DNA of 64,000 bases, taken from Alphaproteobacteria bacterium. Lineage in GTDB: Bacteria; Pseudomonadota; Alphaproteobacteria; Rs-D84. The position numbers and the translations under genes were made by a program. Below, in pieces: positions 1 through 8,571 of the stretch (position 1 is its first letter; every line of letters starts with the position of its first letter). Under the pieces are notes generated by a model, which ran no database searches, was not told where the DNA came from, and saw only the letters and a list, made by a program, of their open reading frames with translations. The stretch lies in contig WRCA01000001.1 in assembly GCA_009784275.1 (NCBI GenBank), positions 129,783 to 193,782 on the forward strand. The letters are read 5' to 3'.

Positions 1-1
1 C

Positions 2-403
2 GCACAGGAGCTTGTTCAAACTTGCCAGGATGCTTTGAACAGCGCGATTGCAGTTTGCGCCCCTGGTGTACCTTTATCCGAAATCGGCCGCACCATCGAA
101 GCGATCGTTCGTCCGCACGGGTTCAGCATTTCCGAAGACTTTGTCGGGCATGGCATCGGCAAGGTTATGCATGACGATCCGCAGATTTATCATTGGCATG
201 ATAAAAAATTCGACAGTATGAAAATGGTGCCGGGTTTGGTTTTCACCATCGAACCGATAATCTGCGAATGCGGCAATAAATGCAAAATTGATGAAGACGG
301 CTGGACCGCACGGACTGTGGACGGTTGCTTGTCTGCGCAATGGGAACATACCATCGGCATCACCGAAGACGGCGCCGTAATATTTACGGAGCAGCAATAT
401 TGA
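2..403 (+). CDS. map: methionine aminopeptidase type I, C-terminal part (5' end lies outside the window)
   Basis: Translation ...GHGIGKVMHDDPQIYHW...GWTARTVDGCLSAQWEHTIGITEDG matches the MetAP-I C-terminal metal-binding region. The frame is open from the window start. Confidence 0.85.
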   Translation, partial: AQELVQTCQDALNSAIAVCAPGVPLSEIGRTIEAIVRPHGFSISEDFVGHGIGKVMHDDPQIYHWHDKKFDSMKMVPGLVFTIEPIICECGNKCKIDEDGWTARTVDGCLSAQWEHTIGITEDGAVIFTEQQY

Positions 404-1071
404 TTTCAGATTACAAAATCGGTCATCGTCAAAGGCTGCGCGATAAATTCTTGGAAACTCGCCTGGTGGATGCAGAACTGATAGAGCTTTTGATGACTTA
501 CGCGATTCCCAGAATTGATGTAAAGCCGGCCATTCGCGAGATGCTTCACAAGTTTGGAGGATTTCATAATGCGATAGCCGCACCAGTCGAAGAGCTTATG
601 AAGGTTCCCGGCATTGGCAAAAATTCCGCCATATTTTTAAAAGCTTTGCATGAGCTTACTTTGCGCGAATATATTCTTCAGATGAAGGATGCGCCTGTTT
701 TTCACAAGTTCGAGATTCTTGAAAATTACTGCAAACAGCTTTTTGCGGGAAAAACCATAGAAGAATTTCACATTTTATATTTGGATAAAAATAACCAATT
801 AATCGAAGAAAAAATTCATTCTGTCGGCACAATAGACCAAGCGGCGATTTATCCGAGAGAAATTGTAAAACATGCGCTGAATATAAATGCACGCAGCATC
901 GTCTTAACTCACAATCATCCGAATGAAACACCAACTTTTTCATTTGAAGATATCAGTCTGACGACAGTATTGCGGGATATGCTGAAAGCAGTGGGGATAG
1001 AACTGTTCGATCATCTTTTGGTGGCGAATGGATTAGTATTTTCTGCAAAAGCGCAGAATTTGCTTAAATAG
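400..1071 (+). CDS. radC: RadC-family JAMM protein (DNA repair protein RadC homolog)
   Basis: GHRQRLRDKF N-terminus, helix-hairpin-helix GIGKNSA motif, C-terminal HNHPN JAMM motif. The likely TTG start at 400 overlaps the map stop; the longer ORF from 325 is probably an artefact. Confidence 0.7.
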   Translation: MISDYKIGHRQRLRDKFLETRLVDAELIELLMTYAIPRIDVKPAIREMLHKFGGFHNAIAAPVEELMKVPGIGKNSAIFLKALHELTLREYILQMKDAPVFHKFEILENYCKQLFAGKTIEEFHILYLDKNNQLIEEKIHSVGTIDQAAIYPREIVKHALNINARSIVLTHNHPNETPTFSFEDISLTTVLRDMLKAVGIELFDHLLVANGLVFSAKAQNLLK

Positions 1072-1345
1072 TAATTTTTTTCTTAATTTCTTGGATTCTT
1101 TTTAAAATTTCGCTCAATTCGGAATTGTCTTGCGCGTTTGCCGCCGATTTTGACATTATTTCATCCGCCAAGACTATGCATAATGTCGCTAACAGAGAGC
1201 CCTCGGGAAGCGGCCCAATTTTTGCTTGGATTTCTTTCGCCCGGGAATCAACCATTTTGCCAATTTCTATCAGCCGGGCTTCCTGGCCGTCTTCGCATCC
1301 CATGGCATAATTCTTGTTCAAGATAGGAATTGCAACAACGCTCAT
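1064..1345 (-). CDS. zapA: ZapA-like cell division protein
   Basis: 93 aa. The V-I-L-K-Y...C-EDG...E...A..VD pattern is typical of ZapA. A small coiled-coil gene lies directly upstream, as in alphaproteobacteria. Confidence 0.5.
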   Translation of the reverse strand: MSVVAIPILNKNYAMGCEDGQEARLIEIGKMVDSRAKEIQAKIGPLPEGSLLATLCIVLADEIMSKSAANAQDNSELSEILKRIQEIKKKITI

Positions 1346-1548
1346 TCAATCCCCTTTAAAACCTTTATAGACTCGTCTATCAGTTCACCAGCATGGCGGT
1401 TCTTTTTACGCTGGTCCGCCAACTGGCGCTCCAGGATTGCAACCTCCAAATCAGTTTGGTTTTTTGCGCCATGGGCTGCTATGCGCAACTTGTCTGCTGC
1501 AGCCTCTAATTCCCTCAATTCCTGAAAGATTTTCTCTTTAATTTCCAT
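1342..1548 (-). CDS. small coiled-coil protein (DUF4164/ZapB-like), translationally coupled to zapA
   Basis: 68 aa predicted all-helical heptad-like sequence. It overlaps the zapA start by 4 nt. Confidence 0.35.
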   Translation of the reverse strand: MEIKEKIFQELRELEAAADKLRIAAHGAKNQTDLEVAILERQLADQRKKNRHAGELIDESIKVLKGIE

Positions 1549-1627
1549 TATATCGTCATATTAAGACATTTTCTTTATGCGTTCAACATTAAATATGGTA
1601 TAATTATGGTTTGTTTGGGGGGCTGTT

Positions 1628-2419
1628 GTGAAGACGAAAATAGTTTATATTTCTGGCGGGGAAACCTTTGATGTAGCGGATGTACGCCGCGCTTTCGATG
1701 AAGTACGCAAGACATTGGCATTAAGCGAAGACACTGTTTTATTCGGTGTTCCGGTAGACAGCGATGGTGTGGAGCAAAAAGCCGACTTGTTTGCTGAATT
1801 GCCTGTCACAGAAAAAGTAGAAGAAGAGATAGTTGAAAAACCAAAAAGAACCCGCAAACCAAAGGCTGAAAAGCCAGAAATAAAAGAAGAGCCAGTATCA
1901 GAGCTTGAACCTGAACGCGTTATTCCTATTTTATCAGTTCTGTCGGGTGGGAAAGCGGAAGAATCGAAACCTGCGCCAGAACCGGTCGAAATCGTTGCTG
2001 CTGAAGAGGTTGAACCAGTCGATGCTTTTGATGAAATTGCTGTTGCTTTGGGCGAAGATTTGCCGATCGATGATGATAAGACGCCAAAGACCATAGAAGA
2101 TATTTTTGAAAACCTGACCCCCCTGCCCGAAGAAAAAATCATAGAAAGCACGCATTCCGCTGACCGTGATGACCGTGCAGATTTGGATGACGATGCGACC
2201 CTTTCAAAGCTGGCGGCCGAATTCGTAGAATCCCAAGGGATAAGCGAACCGGCGCCCACGGCACGTGGCACAAGAATGGGCAAGCTGAAAAACATTTTGC
2301 CATTTAAAAAAGCCAAGAAAGACGATACATCGATGCTGGGGGATTTATTCGGTTGGGCAGGCATCGCCGCGAACGAAGATGAAGCGACAACCCAAAGTTT
2401 TTTCAGGGCCAGCAATTAA
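1628..2419 (+). CDS. hypothetical acidic protein (Glu/Asp/Pro-rich middle, conserved-looking termini)
   Basis: 263 aa ORF with a GTG/TTG-type start context. It is strongly acidic. The antisense Ser-rich ORF 1645-2415 is treated as a shadow. Confidence 0.4.
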   Translation: MKTKIVYISGGETFDVADVRRAFDEVRKTLALSEDTVLFGVPVDSDGVEQKADLFAELPVTEKVEEEIVEKPKRTRKPKAEKPEIKEEPVSELEPERVIPILSVLSGGKAEESKPAPEPVEIVAAEEVEPVDAFDEIAVALGEDLPIDDDKTPKTIEDIFENLTPLPEEKIIESTHSADRDDRADLDDDATLSKLAAEFVESQGISEPAPTARGTRMGKLKNILPFKKAKKDDTSMLGDLFGWAGIAANEDEATTQSFFRASN

Positions 2420-2421
2420 AA

Positions 2422-2456
2422 AACTGATAATTAGTTATCAGTTTTAGTTATCAGTT
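2422..2456. promoter_or_regulatory. palindromic element AACTGATAA-TTA-GTTATCAGTT plus a third half-site GTTATCAGTT (candidate operator, or a weak AT-only hairpin)
   Basis: Perfect 9/10 bp inverted repeat at 2422-2443 and a direct copy of the half-site at 2447-2456. It ends 4 nt before the ATG of the 362 aa gene. Confidence 0.4.
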
Positions 2457-2459
2457 CTC

Positions 2460-3548
2460 ATGTATAATATAGACCAGATTCTTCGCCTGCTTGAAAATTC
2501 TGGATTCCAGAGGGTGACTTCTGATGGGGTATATATTTTTATGGAAGACCCCACTTGTTTTGTCCGCAGCTTGGAAGGTTTTGTTAATATCGCTTGGATC
2601 GCGATCACTGCTTTTGCAGGAATACTGCTGTTCGGATGGGGCATATCTTTAATTCGCGGCGCAAAAAATGATTTAAAAAGCGTTGCTGTGAACATCCGCA
2701 ACCTTTTTCTGATATTCGGAATTCTGGCGCTATCAAGACCCATCGCGAATGCGATTTGGGGCGGCGATGTATTTGCCCTGGGGTGCAATACCATCCAAGT
2801 GCCTGTTGCGAAAGTTAATGAGCTTATCGCTACTTCAAAACTTACTTTGAAAATGCGCAATGAAAATGACCTTTATGAAGACTTCGATATTTATGACACT
2901 GCGGTCAGTGGCGAAACCATGGGTCCCGAAAGCTATACCGGTATTACGGGCGCAGTTGGCATTAATATGCCGGAGATGCCGATAGAATCCACGGGAATAA
3001 TATCATATGGCAATGCGACCGGTGCAACAGGCACCACCCCTCTGCCCAGCGAAATTTCAGGCAGCGCCGGACGCGCGGTCATAAGCGCGAATGGTAAAAG
3101 TGTTACTTATTACGATGCTTATGGAAATGTTCTGGGGACAAAAATCGAAGGTTCGGCATCATGGAGGAATAATAATCCTGGGAATATGACTTGCAGCAGC
3201 GGCAAAGGACTTTATCTGGGCGCCATCGCATGCAACGGAAGGTTTCTTGTATTCGCCAACGAAGAAGCAGGAATGGACGCGCATGTTGCGAGATTAAAAC
3301 AATCTCGATATCAAAATGCTTGGCATAAAGAATGTCCGGACTTGCCCAAAGGCAGCCTGGGGTCTGCAATTTGCGTTTGGGCGCCACCATCGGATAATAA
3401 TTCGACCAGAAGCTATATGAATGCAGTGTCAAGCCGTACAGGAATACCACTGCATACACAAATGTCATCGCTTAACGATTCACAATTGCGAAGCATAGCA
3501 AAAGTGCAAAAAGAAAGAGAAGGCTGGACAGTAGGGAGGACGCAATAA
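2460..3548 (+). CDS. membrane-anchored hypothetical protein (2-3 N-terminal TM helices, C-terminal soluble domain with a WRNNNPGNM motif and conserved Cys)
   Basis: 362 aa ORF. Hydrophobic segments IAWIAITAFAGILLFGWGISLI and LFLIFGILALS. No recognisable catalytic motif. Confidence 0.45.
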   Translation: MYNIDQILRLLENSGFQRVTSDGVYIFMEDPTCFVRSLEGFVNIAWIAITAFAGILLFGWGISLIRGAKNDLKSVAVNIRNLFLIFGILALSRPIANAIWGGDVFALGCNTIQVPVAKVNELIATSKLTLKMRNENDLYEDFDIYDTAVSGETMGPESYTGITGAVGINMPEMPIESTGIISYGNATGATGTTPLPSEISGSAGRAVISANGKSVTYYDAYGNVLGTKIEGSASWRNNNPGNMTCSSGKGLYLGAIACNGRFLVFANEEAGMDAHVARLKQSRYQNAWHKECPDLPKGSLGSAICVWAPPSDNNSTRSYMNAVSSRTGIPLHTQMSSLNDSQLRSIAKVQKEREGWTVGRTQ

Positions 3549-4240
3549 TGTCAGATTTAGAAAATTCAAAAATTATAAGCGGAAGCTCTTTCGACACGGG
3601 TTCAAAAATCCCATGGGTTATGATAATACTGATAGTATTAATTGTCGGGGTGGCGATCGTTATCTTTGGAAGGTTAGGCAAAAAAAGTGAAGTAGTTGGC
3701 ACCGAAAAGCTGGGCGCAAAATATCTGCCGGAATTAAGCGGAAATGTCCCGGCACCAAAAATCGTACAAAAGGCGGAAGAGTTCAACGAAAACTATGAAT
3801 TTAATGACGGATTGGGGAACCCGGATAATATTCAGCGTTTTGAATTAGATGAAGATGGCACGGGTCTGGCCAGCATTGAAACCTTTAATGTTGATATCAA
3901 TGGCGATGGGATAAAAGATAAGATCACAAAAAGCAGATTTGAAAACGGTACTGCTCATTTTCACTATGACTACAAAATAGAATTAAATTTGGATGGACAA
4001 TTTACAGATATCACCCCCGCAGGTTTCAGGACTGTCGAAGGCGCCGATTGTTCGCTACAAAAATTAAGATTCTCCTTTTATCCGGATTTCCAAGTTATAA
4101 AAATTTCTCGCGATTGGGAAGATACTTGGGTTACGCCAACTATGGCGACAAAGACCATCTATAGGTTAAAAGATAACAAATTGGAAATTGCATCGACTTC
4201 AGCACTGAAAAAAATCTGCAACGTTTCGGATTTGTTTTAA
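3548..4240 (+). CDS. membrane-anchored hypothetical protein (single TM then about 170 aa domain), start overlaps the previous stop (TAATG)
   Basis: 230 aa ORF with TM IPWVMIILIVLIVGVAIVIFG. Translationally coupled to 2460-3548. Confidence 0.45.
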   Translation: MSDLENSKIISGSSFDTGSKIPWVMIILIVLIVGVAIVIFGRLGKKSEVVGTEKLGAKYLPELSGNVPAPKIVQKAEEFNENYEFNDGLGNPDNIQRFELDEDGTGLASIETFNVDINGDGIKDKITKSRFENGTAHFHYDYKIELNLDGQFTDITPAGFRTVEGADCSLQKLRFSFYPDFQVIKISRDWEDTWVTPTMATKTIYRLKDNKLEIASTSALKKICNVSDLF

Positions 4241-5718
4241 TCGCATTTCGGGCTTGTTTCACCGGCTTCTTTCAGCTCTGCACAGGCGGCATCGCGAACC
4301 CTCTTTGCGGATTCATATCTCTGCCATTCTACTTCGCCACCAGGACCGGCAAGTATCTGTGACCGCAATAATTCTTCTTCGCCCAGCGCCTTTTGGCCCA
4401 TCACTTTGCCGCCGATTGCCTTGTTACCGAACAGCTCCATAGCCCCAACGCCAACCGCTGCGCCACCAACAGCACCCGCGACAGTTATTCCGGTACGCGC
4501 GCCTTTCTTGGCATCAAGAATTTGCTTTTCTATGTTTTTTTCATTCAGCCATCCGCCGCAAGTCACCGTGCTGCCCACCATAAAGTACCGCGCCGGCATA
4601 TCATAAGTTTTTATACGCGAATCTTCACTGGCGATTCCTATGCGCACCCAGCATGCATTATTATCCGGGTTCTGTATATCTTCGGTCAAGTCCATATAAG
4701 ATATTCCAGTATTGTTTTTGGACGCCCAGACGAAAATATTGCTTCGCGCATCACCGCAGTCTTCTTTTTTATTCGGGCCAGATATTTGAAACTCGTCGCC
4801 CCAGTCCGCAATTTTCTCGCCGGATAAAGTACAATTTAAATCTTCAAAACCTTTTTTGATTTGATGCTTTTTTGTTACAACTGCGCTGACAATTCCGCCA
4901 ACAGCACCAAGGGTCGCACCCGCGATAGAATCGGAAGCCAAGCGCGCGGTGTTGAATTTTCCTTCGGCGTTTTTCCAAGCCGAGGCTTTTTCGCCAGCAT
5001 ACTGGGATTTGATAGAATCCATCAATTGCGATGATGTGTCAATCCTGAACTGCAGACCGGAAAGATCATCATTATCAAATTCCACTTCCTGGGCAACCAC
5101 GCATTCTTCTATATCGACAACTTCTTCCTGCGTTTCCAGATTGATAAGTTGCCCCATATCATTTTCTTCGCATTTAGTTTCTACAGGCTTTGATTTTGCT
5201 GGTTGTTTTGGTTTCGTAAGCTCTGGAGCAATCTTGGATAATTCCGGATATTTGTCATATACTACTTTCAGATATTTATCGCGTTTTTTTGCATCTGTTA
5301 TTCTTTTTGCCCTTACTGCTACAGAATACGGGCTAGTAACCTTCATATATTTTCTTTCTGTGAGAAGGTCAAAGATTTCCATATTATCATTATCCATCGC
5401 TACATATATCGGATATTTGCCTTGAAAATCTACGCCGGAATAGCCTGCATCAGCCAACTTTTTTATCACTCTTATGTCCGGCCAATCACTCACTGCGATA
5501 TACAGTGGGTTAAGCTTGCTATACCCATATTCATCCGCTTTTACTGTATCAATCTTTTCATTCAAACAATTGAAGTCTTTATTTTTGATACAAGTATTCA
5601 GTGCGCTCAACCTGTTATTATCAGCATTTATCGAAGCCATAGTAGTGAAAGAGGACGGGCCTGAATACGCAGGAGACACGCAAGGTAATAGAAAAAGTAA
5701 TAAATAAAATTTCCGCAT
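4237..5718 (-). CDS. secreted protein: signal peptide, ankyrin-like repeats, C-terminal glycine zipper resembling the 17-kDa-antigen/Gly-zipper OMP family
   Basis: Start at the ATG (MRKFYLLLFLLPCVSPAYS signal peptide). LNPLYIAVSD...GKYPIYVAMDNDNMEIFDLL is ankyrin-like. GITVAGAVGGAAVGVGAMELFG is a GxxxG zipper. The G9 tract is immediately 5' of the ATG. Confidence 0.55.
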   Translation of the reverse strand: MRKFYLLLFLLPCVSPAYSGPSSFTTMASINADNNRLSALNTCIKNKDFNCLNEKIDTVKADEYGYSKLNPLYIAVSDWPDIRVIKKLADAGYSGVDFQGKYPIYVAMDNDNMEIFDLLTERKYMKVTSPYSVAVRAKRITDAKKRDKYLKVVYDKYPELSKIAPELTKPKQPAKSKPVETKCEENDMGQLINLETQEEVVDIEECVVAQEVEFDNDDLSGLQFRIDTSSQLMDSIKSQYAGEKASAWKNAEGKFNTARLASDSIAGATLGAVGGIVSAVVTKKHQIKKGFEDLNCTLSGEKIADWGDEFQISGPNKKEDCGDARSNIFVWASKNNTGISYMDLTEDIQNPDNNACWVRIGIASEDSRIKTYDMPARYFMVGSTVTCGGWLNEKNIEKQILDAKKGARTGITVAGAVGGAAVGVGAMELFGNKAIGGKVMGQKALGEEELLRSQILAGPGGEVEWQRYESAKRVRDAACAELKEAGETSPKCD

Positions 5719-5723
5719 CACGA

Positions 5724-5732
5724 CCCCCCCCC
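5724..5732. repeat. homopolymeric C9 tract on the plus strand (G9 on the coding strand), 5 nt upstream of the start codon of the 4237-5718 gene
   Basis: cgaccccccccccgtc read directly. On the minus strand it reads ACGGGGGGGGGTCGTGATG. Confidence 0.9.
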
Positions 5733-5828
5733 GTCTTGACAACTTGAATTATAACATAAAATGAGAAATATAAAAATGGCAAAAATGCCGCAATGCGGCA
5801 GCGTAGATTAGTAATTAATTTGTCGATT

Positions 5829-6695
5829 TTACATATCCAGTAATTTTTTCAGATACTCAACCACATCAAATGGGCGCAGATCGCCTATTTTTTCCCCGCA
5901 TCCGATTACCGCGATTGGCAACGGGGATTTTTCCTTTGCCGCGTAAGAAATCAAAAACCCGCCCTTTGATGTTGAATCCATTTTAGTGATTATTAACCCA
6001 GTTAGTTTTGCAGATTTATCAAAATGCTCTATTTGCGCGGTCGCATTTTGTCCCGTCATTCCATCCAAAACCAGCAGGGTTTCATGGGGCGCATCCGGGA
6101 CGATTTTCTTTATCACGCGTGTAATTTTCGACAGTTCGTCCATCAAATCGCTGCGATTATGCAGGCGTCCCGCAGTGTCCAAGATCACTATGTCCGCATT
6201 ATCTTCGATCCCCTTTTGAACCGCCGCATAAGCCGTTGCCGCCGTGTCATTCGACACTCCGCATACCAGTTCTGCCCCGCCGCGACGCGCCCATTCGCCC
6301 AGTTGCTCCCCTGCTGCCGCACGGAAAGTATCACATGCGCCGACAATAACTTTCTTGCCACTGTCTGTCCACTGCCTGGCCAGCTTCCCAATCGTAGTGG
6401 TTTTTCCCGCGCCGTTAACGCCGATCACCAACAAAACCGCGGGTTTTTCCTGAACAGAAAACAAAGAATCATGAACTGAAAGTTTATTTGCGATCGGTAA
6501 CATTGCGTCAAAGAGAATCTGCTTTGCCTCCGCCGCGTCAACGGTTCCGCGTGCGCGTAATTTTGATACCAATGATTCCGCCAAATCTGGCGCGATATCC
6601 GCAGCAATCAAGGCATCCGACAAAGATTCCGCCGTTGCGACATCCAGCTCTTTCTTGCCCGTAAAAAACGAAGAAATTTTAGAAAATATGCCCAT
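5829..6695 (-). CDS. ftsY: signal recognition particle receptor FtsY (NG domain only, 288 aa)
   Basis: GVNGAGKTTTIGKLA P-loop, DTAGR, and the SRP GTPase motifs. Confidence 0.85.
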   Translation of the reverse strand: MGIFSKISSFFTGKKELDVATAESLSDALIAADIAPDLAESLVSKLRARGTVDAAEAKQILFDAMLPIANKLSVHDSLFSVQEKPAVLLVIGVNGAGKTTTIGKLARQWTDSGKKVIVGACDTFRAAAGEQLGEWARRGGAELVCGVSNDTAATAYAAVQKGIEDNADIVILDTAGRLHNRSDLMDELSKITRVIKKIVPDAPHETLLVLDGMTGQNATAQIEHFDKSAKLTGLIITKMDSTSKGGFLISYAAKEKSPLPIAVIGCGEKIGDLRPFDVVEYLKKLLDM

Positions 6696-6696
6696 T

Positions 6697-8508
6697 TTAT
6701 TTTACACCCATAAATCCGCCGCTTTGATTTCTCCACATTCTTGCATACTTACCGCGCGGATTATCCAGCAGTTGTTTGTGTGTTCCCACCTCTACTATCT
6801 TTCCTTTATCCAGCACTATGATTCTATCCATTCTCATCAATGTCGACAAGCGATGCGCAATCACCAGCATCGTTTTACCCTTTGATATTTTCGTAATGCT
6901 TTTCTGAATAATTTCTTCGGTTTTACTATCAAGGCTGCTGGTCGCTTCGTCCACCAGTAAAATCGGCGCTTGTTGCAAGAACGCGCGCGCGATCGCAATT
7001 CTCTGCCGCTGACCACCGCTCAATTTTACCCCGCGATCCCCGACAACTGTATCATATCCGCATGACTGCTGGGTAATAAATTCATGCGCGCCCGCGAATT
7101 CTGCGGCCTTTGCCACCTGCTGCATCGTCGCTTTGTCGCAAGCATAGCGCAGATTTTCAAATATCGTTCTATTAAACAATGCGGTATCCTGTGGGATAAA
7201 CGCAATATTTCTGCGCAGCGAATTCAGTGATACATTTTCAATATTTTGACCGTCGATTTTAATGTTGCCTGCGTTTGTGTCATACAGCCTCATTAACAAT
7301 TTTATAATCGTCGTTTTGCCGCTGCCAGATACGCCGACAATTCCGACATGTTCGCCTGCGCTGACCGACAAATTAAAGTTCTTTAACACCAGCGGCGATT
7401 TTCTATCGTACTTGAAATTCACCTTTTCAAAATCGATTTTGCCGTGCGATACAGCCAATGCTGGCGCATTGCTTTTATCCTTTATGGAGATTTTACCATT
7501 CATCTCTGCATAATTTTGCATCAACTCTGTTCCGCTTTCAAACAGCTCTGTGCTTTTATCAATCAATCCCCACACGGCGGCATTAATAGACGCATATGCG
7601 CCGACCATAAATACAACAGCGCCCAAATTCATTTCACCGCTGTGAAAATACATTATGCACAAGAATACCACCGTGCTGAATACCAACGCTTCCAACACAG
7701 CCAATGGTGCCCAAAATTTACGTTCCGCATACATATGCGCGGAATACCGCATTCTCCATTTCGCCAAGACACGCGACAACAGACCAAGCTCTTTTTCGCG
7801 GCCGGAAAAAGCCCGGACATTCATGCTGCCGCCAATCGTATCTGTCGTTGCGCCATGTATCTGGCTTACCATTGCGGCATTGCGCTTGTGCGTCAAAACT
7901 ATATTTTTGAAATTGAATCTAAACCATGCAAGTCGTACAAGCATTTCTGATGCCAATATAACGGCGATAGACCAATGAAGCCCCGCAACCAATCCCAACG
8001 CCACAACCAACGTCACAAGATTAGTCGCAATATGACAGAATATTTTCGCAAGAACACTCAAAGAAGATGTCGCGATATTATTAACTTGCTGGTTCAGTTT
8101 GCCCAGCATCTTGTCATTAATAAATCCTATCGATTGGCAATGCAGGTAATTTATAAGATCCAAGGTCATCAAAGTTCTTGCCTTTGCGCGAACTTTTTTC
8201 CAGGTATAGTGGTGCATGATATATGCTATTTCGAAAATCATATTCACAATCAGAATAGTTCCCAAAACAATCAATGCCGAATGCCAAAAATTATCATGCG
8301 CCGAATCCAATAAATTCGTTAGCATTTGCATTTGAACAGCCGCAAAAATACTAAAGCCCGAACGGCTTATTACAAAAAGCAGGCTGGTGATGATAAAACT
8401 CCAACCAAAAAACTTCCAAAAATTTTTGCGCAGATATCCAAAGATAGTTTTAGGATTTTCTATCAAACTGCATTCCAATGGAAAAGTTTCTGGTATGAAT
8501 TTTTTCAA
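6697..8508 (-). CDS. ABC transporter fused permease/ATP-binding protein (exporter type)
   Basis: Six-TM N-terminal half, GVSGSGKTT Walker A, LSGGQRQRIAIARA signature, LLVDEATSSLD Walker B. Confidence 0.85.
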   Translation of the reverse strand: MKKFIPETFPLECSLIENPKTIFGYLRKNFWKFFGWSFIITSLLFVISRSGFSIFAAVQMQMLTNLLDSAHDNFWHSALIVLGTILIVNMIFEIAYIMHHYTWKKVRAKARTLMTLDLINYLHCQSIGFINDKMLGKLNQQVNNIATSSLSVLAKIFCHIATNLVTLVVALGLVAGLHWSIAVILASEMLVRLAWFRFNFKNIVLTHKRNAAMVSQIHGATTDTIGGSMNVRAFSGREKELGLLSRVLAKWRMRYSAHMYAERKFWAPLAVLEALVFSTVVFLCIMYFHSGEMNLGAVVFMVGAYASINAAVWGLIDKSTELFESGTELMQNYAEMNGKISIKDKSNAPALAVSHGKIDFEKVNFKYDRKSPLVLKNFNLSVSAGEHVGIVGVSGSGKTTIIKLLMRLYDTNAGNIKIDGQNIENVSLNSLRRNIAFIPQDTALFNRTIFENLRYACDKATMQQVAKAAEFAGAHEFITQQSCGYDTVVGDRGVKLSGGQRQRIAIARAFLQQAPILLVDEATSSLDSKTEEIIQKSITKISKGKTMLVIAHRLSTLMRMDRIIVLDKGKIVEVGTHKQLLDNPRGKYARMWRNQSGGFMGVK

Positions 8509-8571
8509 TTTTAACCTTCCTTCAAAATATATGACTTATTCCAGAGAGCGGGCCAGAAGCCAGCGGTGGCT

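Noticed and set aside
1645-2415. 256 aa Ser-rich ORF antisense to the 1628-2419 gene
   Set aside because: It completely overlaps an ORF with a better start context and coherent acidic composition. The Ser/Gly-rich low-complexity translation is typical of a shadow frame opposite GAA/GAT-rich coding DNA.
2418-2446. 2422-2443 hairpin as the rho-independent terminator of the 1628-2419 gene
   Set aside because: The stem is almost exclusively A/T (one C:G pair), giving poor stability. The third direct half-site argues for a protein-binding operator. It is kept as regulatory rather than terminator, but a weak terminator role cannot be excluded.
6024-6479. 151 aa ORF antisense inside ftsY
   Set aside because: Shadow ORF within a confidently identified gene.
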